This document shows positions 1-12,300 of a stretch of 64,000 bases of DNA, piece by piece (positions within the stretch are counted from its first letter, which is position 1; each line of letters begins with the position of its first letter). The notes beneath the pieces were generated by a model, which was given only the letters and a program-made list of their open reading frames with translations, was not told where the DNA came from and made no database searches. The stretch covers positions 18,976,857 to 19,040,856 of the forward strand of contig OZ316893.1 in the NCBI GenBank assembly GCA_973895155.1, given 5' to 3'. Position numbers and translations under genes: made by a program. The DNA is from Marsupella aquatica. Taxonomy: Eukaryota; Plantae; Marchantiophyta.

Positions 1-300
1 ACGGTGTTCCGTAAATTGCTTAGTTGCGGGACAGTGTTCCGCAACCCTCCATCACCAATAGCCAAGCTATTTGGCGGAACAGTGTTCCGTGAGTTGCCTA
101 GTTGCGGGACAGTGTTCCGCAACCAACCCTTCTTCATAACGTAGACGAGACGTGTGCTGGGGCATATCAATCTTCAATATGCATCCACGACGGAACAATG
201 TTCCGTGGAAGACCAATCTTCCCAAAATTACCACAATGGAACGGTGTTCCGCAATCGATCAATCTCCAATATGCCCCCTCAACGGAATAGTGTTCCGTGA
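1..300. repeat. Dispersed 12-bp motif array, consensus AC(A/G)GTGTTCCG(C/T), about 7 copies
   Basis: Copies start near 1, 31, 79, 109, 196, 241 and 287 with irregular spacing. The segments 1-45 and 79-123 are near duplicates. Confidence 0.7.
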
Positions 301-1265
301 AAGACCTTCACAATCCTGTTGCTGCAAAAACCCCACCGCAACTCCCGAACAAAGCACTGTTCACTAACTTTGTCATTTTCCTTGTGCCATAGGTTGCCGC
401 CGCACCTCGCCTCTCCGCGGTGCGCTACGTCGCCGCAGGCAATGCAATTCGCCAACATTCAACATCGCTTTCTTCAAAGGAATGCACTGTCCGTCAACAT
501 CAAACTTGATGAATCTCAATTCCGCAACATACAACTTCAACGATCAACTCCCGATTGGGACCATCCCCGAACCAGAATCACAAACAATCACAAGTCTGAC
601 CGACTTGCCTTCACAAAACCGCAGCGAATACTCTCAACAATCCGCGCACAATAGTCGACAATAGCTTCCGATCATCGACCGCACACTTTGTCTTCCAAAA
701 TGCTGCAATGTCGATCGATGTGAACCGCAACTCCAAACGCGCACTCAACAACTCAAAGCTCCACATTCACTAGAGCTTTCTCAACACCAACTTGTAACAG
801 ATCGAGATACCAGCGATCCGTTCAACACCAAAACCCGATCCGAGATACCACGAATCGTCAACAACAACACCACAACAAAATTGAACTTCTATTTGCACAA
901 TCCGTACATCAGAATTCGAAGCTGATCTTTCAATGTAATCTTCTTCAATAGTGCAAATCGAACAATGATCGGTGCTAATCCAACAATGATCCCATCCGAC
1001 GCGATCACACATGTATGTCAAGCCCAACGCACCTTGTGCTTCAAGGAATCCACGTTACATGCACACAACCTGGTCAGCCATACCATAGCCACCAAGCTCA
1101 TGCTCAAAGGCTCAACATTTAAAGATGAGGCCTTTGAGCCAACACAAGGGGATAACTATCCCTCACACCAACTCAAACTAAACACAGTGCTCATATAGCA
1201 CACATACAAAACCTCTATACCTAGCTAGTACAATATACTTTACTACCACTCTAAATGGTGTGACA
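1..1265. mobile_element. Terminal part of an LTR retrotransposon (LTR end ...GGTGTGACA) nested in the gypsy gag and running off the window's left edge
   Basis: The minus-strand gag frame breaks just after its second zinc knuckle at TGTCACACC (plus strand GGTGTGACA, 1257-1265), a typical LTR terminus. The sequence to the left is non-coding and repeat-rich. The other end and the TSD are outside the window. Confidence 0.55.
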
Positions 1266-1907
1266 TGGCTCGGTGCATTCCCTGGCAAAGTGGCTCGGCT
1301 TCTCACAGTTGTAACAGACCGGGGATCGCCAAATCCCAGGTTTAGGAGGGATGCTCGGGTTACTGATAACCTGGACATTCCTACCATTGTTTGGGTAAGG
1401 GTAGGTCGTTCTACCCATCATGGCAATCTGGTATACAAAATCCATGGAGTCTTTGAAGAAGTACTCGGTGGACTCTGGTTTTGGTTCCGGGCTATCAGCA
1501 TCCTCCAATTCCACCTGATGGACCCTATTCTTCCATCGCGGGCATTCTTGCACCATGTGCCCGGATTGGAAACACTTGGAGCACTATGCGTGTGCTCGGG
1601 TCACAGAAGGTTTCTTTTTCTCCACGGGCTTGTTCGCAAGGTGTATCGATAGTGCTTTGAGATGATCCGTAATTTCATTGAGCTTGTCTGCTTCAGCGGC
1701 CTTCGGATCGGGGATCGCTCGTCGAACACGAGGCTTGACCTTCTCTTCCTTCTTAGCATGGCATTTCTTCTTCTTGCTCCGGCCTTCACTCTCTGAATCA
1801 CTTCCCAAAGAATTGGAAGTAAATGACCCCTTGGTCCAAGCTGAATCCAAACTGGATTCTGCGTCGGAACTAGACGAGGTCGACTGGTGCTTTTTCTTCT
1901 TCTTGCG

Positions 1908-3414
1908 AGTGGTGGACCTCGCCACCCAACGCCCTCACCAATCCTAGCACTAGCGCCTAAGTGCCCTTGGTGCCCAAACGCCTCCACGGAATACCTCGAG
2001 CAAGCATCCAAGTGCCTGTAGCACCACCTGCGGCCACTCCCATATGAAGCCGCACTTGCTCACCTACATGACCGCTGCTCAACGGTCCTCATTGTCTGCA
2101 CAAAAAACCAAGCACCTCGGTAAGTAACCCCTCCGGATCTAGAACTCGCCCAGTCTAGCATCCTAGCTCAAGCTCAACAGACGTTGGTAAATAGGTCAGT
2201 GATAGGTCCTCCCGATGCCATAAGCTGAAACCAGAACCCATGCCCACTGTCCGTCCAGGACAACTCCTTCGTTGGGCGGGTAATCCAATTTCAGGGTAAT
2301 CCAATTTCAGGGACTCCCCCTCGTACCTATCCATCACCAACTGACCGCCCTGACCTTAGGACATGCTCATGGCCCAAATAGCGTAGCTTGTCCTAAAGCT
2401 TGTCTCAACACGCCGGGACCGGAACGGCCCCGACTCTAACAACGCCTCCCGGTTTGCCCCACTGATGGTCTAGGGACCGAGTGCCCTTGGGACTCAGCCT
2501 CCATACCTACTTGGCCTTGCCTCCCCAACGCAAGCTCCCTTGGGAGGTTGAACGTGGCTTGGCTGTTGTTCGGCAGGATTTGGCAAGCGGGCGATCTAAC
2601 ACCCGCAAACCACAAGAACCCATGGCACCCCCGGACCCATCTGAGCTCAAGAGGGCGTAGCCCTCCTCAAGAGATTTCCAACGCACCCAAGAAGTCCTCC
2701 AACGGACTTCTCGTTGGAAAGATATCGCCATTTCCGTTTGGCGATTTCCCTTAGTGTCGGGACCGCCGCGGCTCATGACTTCGGCTCGGCCTTAGCCCCC
2801 AAGGAGACACCACTCCCTTCATATATGCTTCTGGAGACCTGCCACCCCCGGACCAGCTTTGGTCCCTAAACATTTGGCCCCCAACCCGGATCGCATCGCG
2901 CATAATGGGCGCGCCACCAACTGGCAACGCCCATAACTTTCTTGATAGGCATCCGCAAGCGGAGTGCCTTAGCCCGTTGTGACCGGCCCGACCCGGTGCT
3001 CATGCCTAGGCCCTCAGGTCTGATTTCTGCTCAAGGCCCCCAACCGGCCCAACCCGGATCGGGCCACAACTTGCACCCCAAGCGTCCGTTCCCAATGGCG
3101 TCAACTCCATTGGCCTTGGGCCCAAGAGGAGCTCACTCCCAAGCCCTCAGAACTCAAAGTCCATCCGAAGGTCCGGACGGCCATCCTTGAGCCCGGCCCA
3201 TTTCCCCTTGACCCGACCAGCCATAGGCTAGTCCAAGTCCTTAGTGTGTGTTCCCAGCTTGGCCCATTGCCTCACCAGTGTTACGTCTCATTGCCCACAA
3301 GTCTCCCCATGCTAAGTCCTCCCCGGATGGCCTATCTGGGCCTGGACCATAAGGGAGCTCGGCGTCGGAGTCAGCGACGCCGGAGCTAAGTGTTAAGGTA
3401 GTCGAGTTCCGCGA
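1908..3414 (-). mobile_element. 1.5-kb GC-rich non-coding element, copy A (unclassified, Helitron/HUH-like ends)
   Basis: It is the reverse complement of 14654-16133 with sharp shared boundaries and it interrupts gag. It starts with TC, has a 5' subterminal hairpin and a 3' terminal hairpin, and has no TIRs. Confidence 0.8.
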
Positions 3415-3867
3415 CTTTGCGCTTCTTCTTTTTGTCCTCGTTTGAACAGAGTCTGTATCACTAAAAGTTTGATACTTGCTCTTCTTGCGTCGTGTCCGTT
3501 GACTTCGCCGAGAGTTATAAGTGGACTCCCGGTAGGTTTTGGTGCACGCTATGGCCGCTTGCATTGAAATTGGGTTATTCTGGCGCACCCAAAATTGCAT
3601 ATTTGTGGGCAAACCATGGAGGAACCACGTAAGCTGGACCGCATCACCTGGCCTGGGCCGGATCTTGGCGGCAAGTTTCTGAAACTTCTGAATGAACTTT
3701 TGCAAGGATTCCTTCTTTCCCATGCGAAGCTGGCCGATCTTTAATAAAGAGCGCTACTCTGATCCAATGGCATGAAACTCTTGCAGCAATGCAGCTTGGA
3801 ATTGTGCCCATGTAGTCCTGGATGGCAGCGAGTTGTACCATGGACGAGCTTCTCACCGCATCACACC

Positions 3868-5183
3868 GGGGAGGACGGTTAGCTTAATGGCGTTGTTGTG
3901 ATAATTCAATTATTCATGATGAAATCATTACCACTAAGTATATTAGTAAGTATATAGGTTAGATTTATATTTTGTTACGGGGTAACTAAATAATTTGACT
4001 ATTACGTACGTGCATGCAAGGTAAACAACTATCCAAACCACAAGATGCATGCACAAATTGTTTGGATGCATGTGCAAATTGTTTATTTGCATGCAATAGT
4101 TATTTTATGTGCATGCAAGGTGAGCAAATGTGCAAGCCACAAGGTGCATGCACAAATTGTTTTAGATGCATGCAAATTATTTTATTTGCATGTATTAGTT
4201 ATTTTATGCGCATGCATTAGTTATTTTATGCGCATGCAAGGTGAGCAAATGTGCAAGCCACAAGGTGCATGCATGCACAAATTATTTTAGGTGCATGCAC
4301 AAATTGTTTTAGGTGCATGCATTAGTTGTTTTACTTGCATGCATTATTTGTTTTGATTGCAATAGTACTAGCACACATTCCTACGTTGGATGTGTGCCAC
4401 TTGGCTTTCATCCAAGCGTTTGGGCGTAATCCATGCCCTCTTGGATTCAATATAAATAAAGTGGTGAGGGGCACTCTCTCTTCATTCTCACATTTTGATA
4501 ATTTTTGCGTCGAAGCAATCCTCTTTTCTTTTCTCATCTTTCTCTTCTATTCTTTGCCTTATGTACATAGTAGTGGGGCATCCTTTGGCCCGGATAGCAA
4601 AGGAATGAGTGGTAGACTTATAGATAAGACCTTAGGGAACAATGTCTCTTTGGGAACTTAGGGGTGGGGCATCTTTTGGCCCGGATAGCAAAAAAACAAA
4701 AGAGTCATTATGAATCTAGGATGGAGAGATATCCCAAATCTTTCCCTTCGTAACCCATTTTTGGTTAGAGTCCATCTTTTAGACAAGCCATCCATGAGGC
4801 AGCATTTAACTTATCACTTTGGAACTCAATTTACAGCTGCTGTTATAAGTTCTAATGAGCCAATAGTATACCCAGTAGTGTCTTACCGAGAGGAGTGGGA
4901 GTGCATTATTTTTGTCCTTTATTGAAGTCATGGATCTAAATAGAAGTCCAGATGACATTCCTATTTTATTTTCTCTTGGAGATATTAGGATTGTATGTCG
5001 TAGAAAAATTAGTTTTCGAGATGTGTTGATCTGCAAGTATGGTGAAGTAGGATTTAATAATATATTAGTTTTACCTTAACCTTTCTTAATACCCACCACC
5101 CTTTTTACAAGAATTATCATTTTTATTTTAGTGTAGAACTTATGGGCATGCAAGGTTAACTTCATAAGAGCCAACATGCTCTT
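3868..5183. mobile_element. 1.3-kb AT-rich insertion in gag (unclassified)
   Basis: gag reads F-S-G at 5184-5192 and resumes G-V-M-R at 3867. The insert is flanked by ACC direct repeats (3865-3867, 5184-5186) and has a terminal hairpin TAAGAGC-caacat-GCTCTTA (5165-5184). Confidence 0.7.
4010..4345. repeat. Degenerate tandem repeat rich in TGCATGCA
   Basis: Recurrent units such as gcatgcaaggtgagcaaatgtgcaagccacaaggtgcatgc and gcacaaattgttttag. Confidence 0.8.
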
Positions 5184-5669
5184 ACCAGAAAACACGGTCA
5201 TCCGGACAACGTCTTCCCTGTTAGCCTTAGTAGTGGCTTCAAATTCATCCAACCATTCATCCGGATCGTCCCCATGACGGCCTTTGAAAGGTCGATAATG
5301 AAACCATGACCGTTGTGATATTTGTGGGGGAGCTTGAGCAATGCGGGCCATAGCCGGTGGGACTGTTGCCATCGATACTGCTGGCAGTGGTGCAGCAAGG
5401 ACCAAAGTAGGACCGTCTGGACCGGACCCCAAAGGTCCCGATGGTACGTTCATTCGTCGAGGCGATGGCGAATCCTCCAAGCCTAAGGATTTGGAGCTTG
5501 TTATGGTCGCACTCTCTTGTTTGCTGGTCAATCTCCTCAAGTAAGCTGCTTGAGAATGGGTGACGGGCATCTACTCGTATAAATGTGATGGTTAGTAACG
5601 AACTGGGGCCTGGTGTACCTCGCCTTGGTGCACTCGCACATGTCTCCCCTCTACTACACGTAGAGTGCC

Positions 5670-5686
5670 CCCTCCATCTAGCGCCA
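5670..5686 (-). promoter_or_regulatory. Primer-binding site, tRNA-Asn
   Basis: Minus strand TGGCGCTAGATGGAGGG differs by one base from the complement of the plant tRNA-Asn 3' end (TGGCGCTAGAAGGAGGG, recalled). It lies 13 nt after the LTR end and upstream of gag. Confidence 0.75.
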
Positions 5687-5699
5687 AAAACAAAGGCTA

Positions 5700-8600
5700 T
5701 GTCACGCCATCGGCCTAGTCCTTAGATTGATCTACGTCTAAGACAGACACTTTCCTTGTTAGTATTCGGGTTCGGACAGGGAGGGACGTCCGAAGTGCAA
5801 ATAATTCTCCCATACTGGCGCTAAGTGCGCATACATTTACTTACAAGTACGCTTAGATATGCTTTGTGTTCCGCGCCGGAACGTACCTTAATCGACACGG
5901 TGTCGATCCCGGCTTACGGACTTCTAAGCCTTCATATTACCGCCTTCGATCCAGATCCATTAGTACAAGTGCTCAACCCCGGCTCGCAACCCCATACCCG
6001 TAACCTACACCCCGTGCATGCTTGGCATAACGTGTTTGGCCCGACATTGATACTTGCACACGAGACTCATACATGCATTCATACATAAACATAAATCTCG
6101 ATTTACACAAAGGAATTGAGGGGAAAGGATTTCAGTCATATATGATCATACACTTACGATTGGGTGACCCGACACCTCGTGAATAAACAAGCCCAAGGCC
6201 AAGGAGTATACACTACAACGGAGCCCGGCTCCGCACTCGCCCGACAAGCTTAGTCGTATACCCTCCCCTTGGCACTCCGGCACTTCATCGAGTTCATAAC
6301 TCCCCGCACGTACCGCAAATGGCCAACTTTTGAGTCTAAAATCCCCCCCGGTGCCTCTACCGAGGGGCTGCTAAATACTAAGGGTTGAGGACCAGCCTGG
6401 CCTCGTGCCCAAATCTACGCTAACTTATATCCTCGCTAAGCTGGTTATGGCTTGTCCTATTAGTCTAACCTATTCTACACAGGCTGGCTAATGTGTCAGT
6501 GCCGCTATCTTCTGGCCGGCACTTATCCTAACAGCCTGTTTTAGCTACTCCTAGTTCTATTCTAATCCTAACCCTCCGCTAATGCCTGGTGCGCTTGCCA
6601 GAGCCATCCAAGTGGGAGCGGCCATCCCGTTGCCTACGGAGTCTTTCGTTGTCCATCTTGAGGAGCTGGACTTGGTCTAGCAGAGATTTGTTCTCTCACT
6701 TTGCCGCGTCCGTCTCCTCAATTGCCTCCTGGCATGCCTCTTCCAGTTGCTGGGTGTCGCTTGTCAGCTTGTCCACCATCTGGGTTTGCTTCTTGGCTTT
6801 GGTTTGAAGCCGCGCTACTTCGGCCAGTAGGGCGGCAATCTCCGCAGTGTCACACTGGGCCCGCTCATCTACCTCCTCCAGGTCTTTCTGCCAGATGACA
6901 GTTTGATTCTTTCTGCCTCCTTCCCAGCTTTGGCCTGTTTGGCTAAGATGGTAAGGGCGTGCGCATCTGCTAACAACTCATCGATGGCTGCAACCTTGGG
7001 TCGTAGTTGCAGAAGCTCAGCCTCTTGAGTCCCAATTTTGCCCTCTAAATACACGAACTCAACCCGGTACCGCTCTATCCTCGGAAGGGCCTCCGACTGG
7101 GCCCGACCTGCCTTTACTGCGGTAACCAACTCATGGTTGAAGAAGTAGGCTACCTTCTGGGCCATGAACTCCCCGGTATCCTAGGCAATCTATTAGGAGA
7201 AATCTCCCAACAGCCCGTTTAGAAATGTACTCGGTACAAAGAGTTCTGGGTGGTCCAGGTTGTGCCCGTCCGGAGTTGGGCACGGGCAGACGTCAACTCG
7301 CGCGGGAGCCAGGGTAGTGACATCCAGCCCTGGGGATGTAGTGTTGGAAGGGGCTGGAGTGTCCTCCTCCATCATCGTGCGGTCCTCTGGAATAGCTACC
7401 GGTGGGTCTTCTGGACCCTCGGGCTCGAGCAAGGCCTCCATCGCCCCGACTTCTGCGCTCGGCCCGGCCTGGTTGATTGCATCTAAGGTTGCGATCACTG
7501 CCTCGTCCGGTACCTCTTCGGCCACGGTTACGGCTACTTGTGGAGGTGGGGTGGGTGAGGCCTGCGTGGCTGCCAAACTTTGGGCCTCGGGTTGAGGCCG
7601 TCTCTCCAAGGCTGGGAAGACCCACCTAGTCGGGACCAACTTAGTTACATTGGCCCGGGGAAGGGTTCATCGATCAAACCGGGCGTACCACTGAAGAACG
7701 ATCTCGATGTGGCTCGCAAAATACGCCTTCCCGCCGATGTACAGCGCCTTCCTTCGCCGTTCCATCTCTTCATGGAACTTCTTAGCGAAGTACAACGCCC
7801 ACTTCTTAGGCCAATAGTTCTCGACCTGGATAACCTGGGCAGCAGAGATCTCACCTCGGATTCCATCATGTGGAAGGCGTACCTCTGGAACTCCAGCCGC
7901 TCGGCTATCTTGGGGATGAGTCAGGTCCTCATCACGAACCCATTGTCCACTGACCCCTCGAAGGGGAAACTTGAGGATTGGTACTTGGCTCCTTTGCCCC
8001 TGGGAGCCCGTGATTCGACTTGTTGATCTCCCTCGGGTAGCCCAAAGATCATCCTGAGCCGCTCCTCTGTGAGGGACATATTCCTCCTCCGTAGCCGAGT
8101 ATGCTGACGTATGTCGTCATAATTCTTGACGAACTTTGTCATGTCCTCCCTGTAGTACCTACAGATGTTCCAAGGGAGAGAGGTGAGGTGCTCGAACCCC
8201 TGAGTCTTCAAGTACACCGCATGTTTGGGGTGGAGGATGTTCTTATGCACGTTTTCCCCCATGCGGTGCATTGTTACCTTGGTCACGGCTACCGTGGCCA
8301 TCGTTAACCCGGATACAGCTGCGGGTTCCTTCCTCTTCTTTCCCCAAGACTAGCTCCCGTAATGGCTCGGAGAGGGTAACATTTCCCCATCCTCCCGATC
8401 GGGTATGGGTAGTACCACCACCGTTAGTATTGGGGCCGGGGCGGCTACGGTCACCGTGTTGTCCACCGGAGCCGCTACTCAGGTCTGGGCCTGGACAGGG
8501 GGCGATGTAGTGCCGGCTCCCTGGGTGCTCGCTCCTCTAGGCCGCCTGAGCAGGGGTGGGGTAGCCTCGTCGTCATCGCTGAGGTCCACAGCATTGATGA

Positions 8601-9321
8601 CGGATCGCACCTGTATGGGCGGGGCGACCGGCGGTGGGGATCGGCTAGGCTGAGGCGGAGCCTGAGCCTGAGCCTGAGCCGGTGTTGATGCGGGTGCGGG
8701 TACGGGCAGGGGCTCGGCTGGGCCGGCACCGGTGGTTGATGGTATGGTTGCCATGAAGTTCTGCAGGTGCCGATGGAGGTTTTCCGAAGCAAGTATAGAC
8801 GGTCTTGTCGATCGGGTAGTGTTGAACTCGCTATTGATGATGGCCTGGACCCGAGCGGGGATGTGGTGGAAGTGGTGCCGCTGTAAGTTGATCGTGCCCG
8901 GGATAGTGAAGACCTAGTCCAGAAGCCAAAGCAATGCCTCCCAAAAGCAGATGTATTTGCCCCCGTCAAAGAAGTACCCTGATATTTCTTCGGGTCGATA
9001 AAGCTTGCTCTGGGACGGGTAACCAAAGTTAAGGAGATAGTGGTGGCGGCCTGCTAGGCGGATGGCTCTCTTGTACTTGCATTCGATTTTGTATCGGCGC
9101 GGGTTGGCGTGTTTTAATGAGTCGACCAAGTGCCCGTGATAGACAAGTGACCCGCCCCAAGCCAAACACAAATGCCCCTTATTGACTAATGATTTTCTAC
9201 TCATAATGGCTACCTAAATACTATCGTTACGCTAATAATTACGGCCTAAGATACCCCTAACGTGCGTGCTGAGCGTGGTTAGGCCGAATCACTCATTACC
9301 CGCCGTACCGGCGGCGTCACA
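5700..9321 (-). mobile_element. 5' LTR (about 3.6 kb) of the Ty3/gypsy (Tat-like) element
   Basis: The termini TGTCACGCC (5700) and GGCGTCACA (9321) form an 8/9 inverted repeat. PBS and gag follow on the minus strand. A TATA-like box plus GCAGCCCCTCGGTAGAGG lies at about 6353-6380. The flanks differ (GGCTA / CTCCT), so it is not a solo LTR. Confidence 0.65.
6579..9204 (-). pseudogene. Long disrupted ORF (about 870 codons) inside the LTR: Pro/Ala-rich region, plant-transposon-protein-like domain, C-terminal coiled coil
   Basis: ORF-track pieces 9204-8914, 8754-8479 and 8301-7921 share one frame, and 7639-7193 and 7165-6869 share another. YYREDMTKFVKNYDD...MSLTEERLRMIFGLPEGD resembles the Transposase_32-type extra ORFs of Athila/Tat elements. 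A heptad-rich tail ends at the stop at 6579-6581. Confidence 0.6.
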
Positions 9322-12300
9322 CTCCTTGCAAGGGTCTTTGCATACGTGTGGACGAGTGCATCACCCACAGGCACATCAGGAATGCTAGGAAATAATTTGA
9401 GGCCAATCACTCTCAATTACTTGGCCTCCATCTGGGCGCCCATCCAATGAAGCTCACTTATGTTGCGCTACTATGGCCAGTGACACTCACTTACTGGTGC
9501 TCATTATAGAATGCCTTGCCCATGCCTGTTGTGAACGGCCGTTCTTAGCTCACACAAGTTGTGTATACATAAATTCTCTGCCTCTATTGCTCCTCACTTT
9601 TTTGGTTTACAAATACTACTTCACACTTCTTTGGTTTACGACTCGTGAAGAAGGGCATAGTTCAACTAGTACACTTGCAACTTGCTTTCTTGTTCCCTTC
9701 GTTGTTTGCTAGCCCACTCTTCCTGTTTAGGACTCTCCAGGAAGAAGGGTGTGTTGATCTAGTGTTGGAAGAAGGGTGTGTTCAACTAGCACCATTGCGG
9801 TTCATTTTTTTGTTTTGTGGGTCATTTGGCAGTTCAGATGTTGTCATTCCTTCAGAGATTTACCTAGCTTATTGACGGGAGGTTATCGATCACCCTTGCA
9901 ATCAGCATGAATACTTCCAAGTTTATTCAATCTTGCATGACTAGAATCTTAAAATTCTCCTCCGATTGACCCAAGACCTTGAATTATGCATTCGTAAAAC
10001 TTGGTACTTACCCTTTATTTTCTTCTTGATCATGTGTATATTGCCTTGTGGCCAGTTTGCATACATGTACTTTGCCTACCTTTGCAAATATGTGAATTTG
10101 TTTCCAATTGACTTTCCTTCATGCACGCATAATACTTGCTTGTTCTTGCTCAATTTGGTGTAAAATATAACCTCCATCAAGCAACAATAACCTGAGTGGC
10201 TTACTTTTCTAAGGATACTAATTGCACATCTTGAATTCACTATGTTTTGAAGGAGCGTTGAACATCAAAATAGACCGGCGGAACTGATCTCCTATGGAGA
10301 TGACATATATTGCTTATCATGGCCTATTCCTCAACCAGGGCGTCAAAAATTCCGATTGTTCACACACATAAATAGTTGCCAGGTTCCCTGATTTTTGCAG
10401 AGCAATAGACGACAACCCTTGAGGACATGAACTCTGCCCTGGAGGTTCTTTCCCCTACAAGCTTTTCATATGTGTGCGGCATGGGGCATACACTGAAACA
10501 GTTCCTCGTCGACAGAGGTATGTTATGTACCGCAAACTAGCATATGTTGCTAGCTTTGCGGACAGAAAACCCTTCCCAGCAGCAGTCACAGCTACAGTGT
10601 AGTCCACCTGGTGGGAACAACATGTGGGTTTTTGATTTTGGGCTTCTAGGTTGTATTTTTTCTTTTCATCATTGTTGTTTCATAACTTGAGTTATTTTTC
10701 ATGCGTTCTTTGTTTCACCAGTTTTTTCATGTTTGTTTCACATGTGCCTCCTTTCCTTTCCCAACTACAAGTGTAAACAACCTGGGAGTTGCTAAGCAAA
10801 GACCATGTCGGTGTATGCCTTTAGTTTTCATCCATGTTTACTTATTGTTCCAAGGTTTATTTGTTCTACGATACTATTTCATTTTCTTTGTTTGGCATGT
10901 ACCTCCTTTCTCATGATTGCACTGCAGAACCATGGGAATTGGGAGGCAAAAACCATCATGGGTTCCGCTTTTGGTTTTTGAGGTTTTGTTTTTTAATGTA
11001 TCTCTATTTGTCTATTTCCTAGTACTATCATTGTATGGTTCTTTGTGCTACTTGTTTTTGGTGTTTGTTTGGCTTGTGCCTCCTTCCCCCTCCTTTGGTT
11101 TGGAATTCCTATTGGATTGCAGCAGGGGGGTTCAATTCCACTGTGGAGTATTGTTAAATTATGATAAATATTTACAATGTATCCACTAAGTTATTTTGCA
11201 ATGCCATGCATGTTACTCTTCTATCATAGGCAGGGCACGTATGGACACTTGGTCCATGGCCATTTCCCAAACTTGTAATACAGCAATACAACTCACAACT
11301 TTCATTGATGGTGCTAAACCCTAACTTCACATCCTACAATATGGGATGGCAAGGTGATATGTGGGACTCAAAATATGGCAAATGAATATAGTAAAACCCA
11401 CAACTTATATATCTCCTAAAATAATGTCAAGCACACAAAAAGGATGGAATTTTCCAGCCAAAATAAATGTTAGTATCAAGTATCACATATCATAGTCTAC
11501 ACCTCTTCCAAATATGATATGGGCCACGTCTTTCTTCCACCTGATGCTTCTTTGTTTCTTAGTTGAAGGTATGGTTTCCATAAAATGAATGCATTTCCTA
11601 TGTAAAGTAAAGTTCCTGATTAGTTTTGCATCACTTGTCAATTTAGATTTGTTCCATAAATAAAGAAAAATAATCCCTTCCCCAGACCCCTAACCAACCC
11701 CTATAAATACCATTTGCAATGCTCAAATGGTTTTGACACCCACTAAACAAAGTATGGCAATTGATAGAAAAGATAGCGCAAAACCTGATCACTAAACGCC
11801 ACGGCCCCAAAGAAGTCAAAGGAGTAAGCTAAGCATGATATTAGGGTTTAGGGTTTAGAGTTAAAAATACAAAAAACCAAAAAAAATTATATTAGGGAAA
11901 AACCTAGTGTAACCCCATTTTGGTAGTAACCCCTCAATGATTTCTATTGTATGCAGCTTGGGCAGGGGTGAGGACTCAAAAGTTAGTCCTTTTGCTGTCA
12001 TTATTGAAATTATTCTCATTAGCATATTATGTATAGTATCTGATGTTAAAACTCAATCCTTTTGTTATCATCATATTTTGTCATTAATTCAATGTTTGCA
12101 AACAAAATAATTACAGTTTGTGCATTATATTGTACATGTGTGCTTATTTTATGGAACCAATGTAACACAAAACAAAAGGATTAAAAACCCTAAACAAAGT
12201 TACCTAGGAATCGGACATCAAAGGGCCATCTTCCACGTTTATGTTGGAATCCAGAATGTGCTATGCATCCTCCTCCCCAGACTCAATGTGGTCGGATACA

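Larger units (their letters stand above)
1266..5570 (-). pseudogene. gag: Ty3/gypsy gag, split by two internal insertions and truncated by a third
   Basis: Pieces join into one gag: 5570-5184 (YRPFKGRHGDDPDEWLDEFEATTKANRED), 3867-3415 (EARPWYNSLP...ESLQKFIQKFQKLAAKI...WFLHGLP) and 1907-1266. The last piece has a K/S-rich linker and two CCHC knuckles, CSKCFQSGHMVQEC and CYNCEKPSHFAREC. In-frame stops are present. Confidence 0.85.

Noticed and set aside
1-300. Spaced short repeats resembling a CRISPR array
   Set aside because: The repeats are only about 12 bp, spacing is irregular, spacers are partly duplicated, there are no cas genes, and the context is a eukaryotic LTR.
2155-3190. ORFs within the 1.5-kb element
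   Set aside because: They are short, lack motifs, are expected in GC-rich DNA, and most are not preserved between copies A and B.
11841-11862. TTTAGGG telomeric-like repeat
   Set aside because: Only 2-3 units. Telo-box-like motifs are common in plant repeats.
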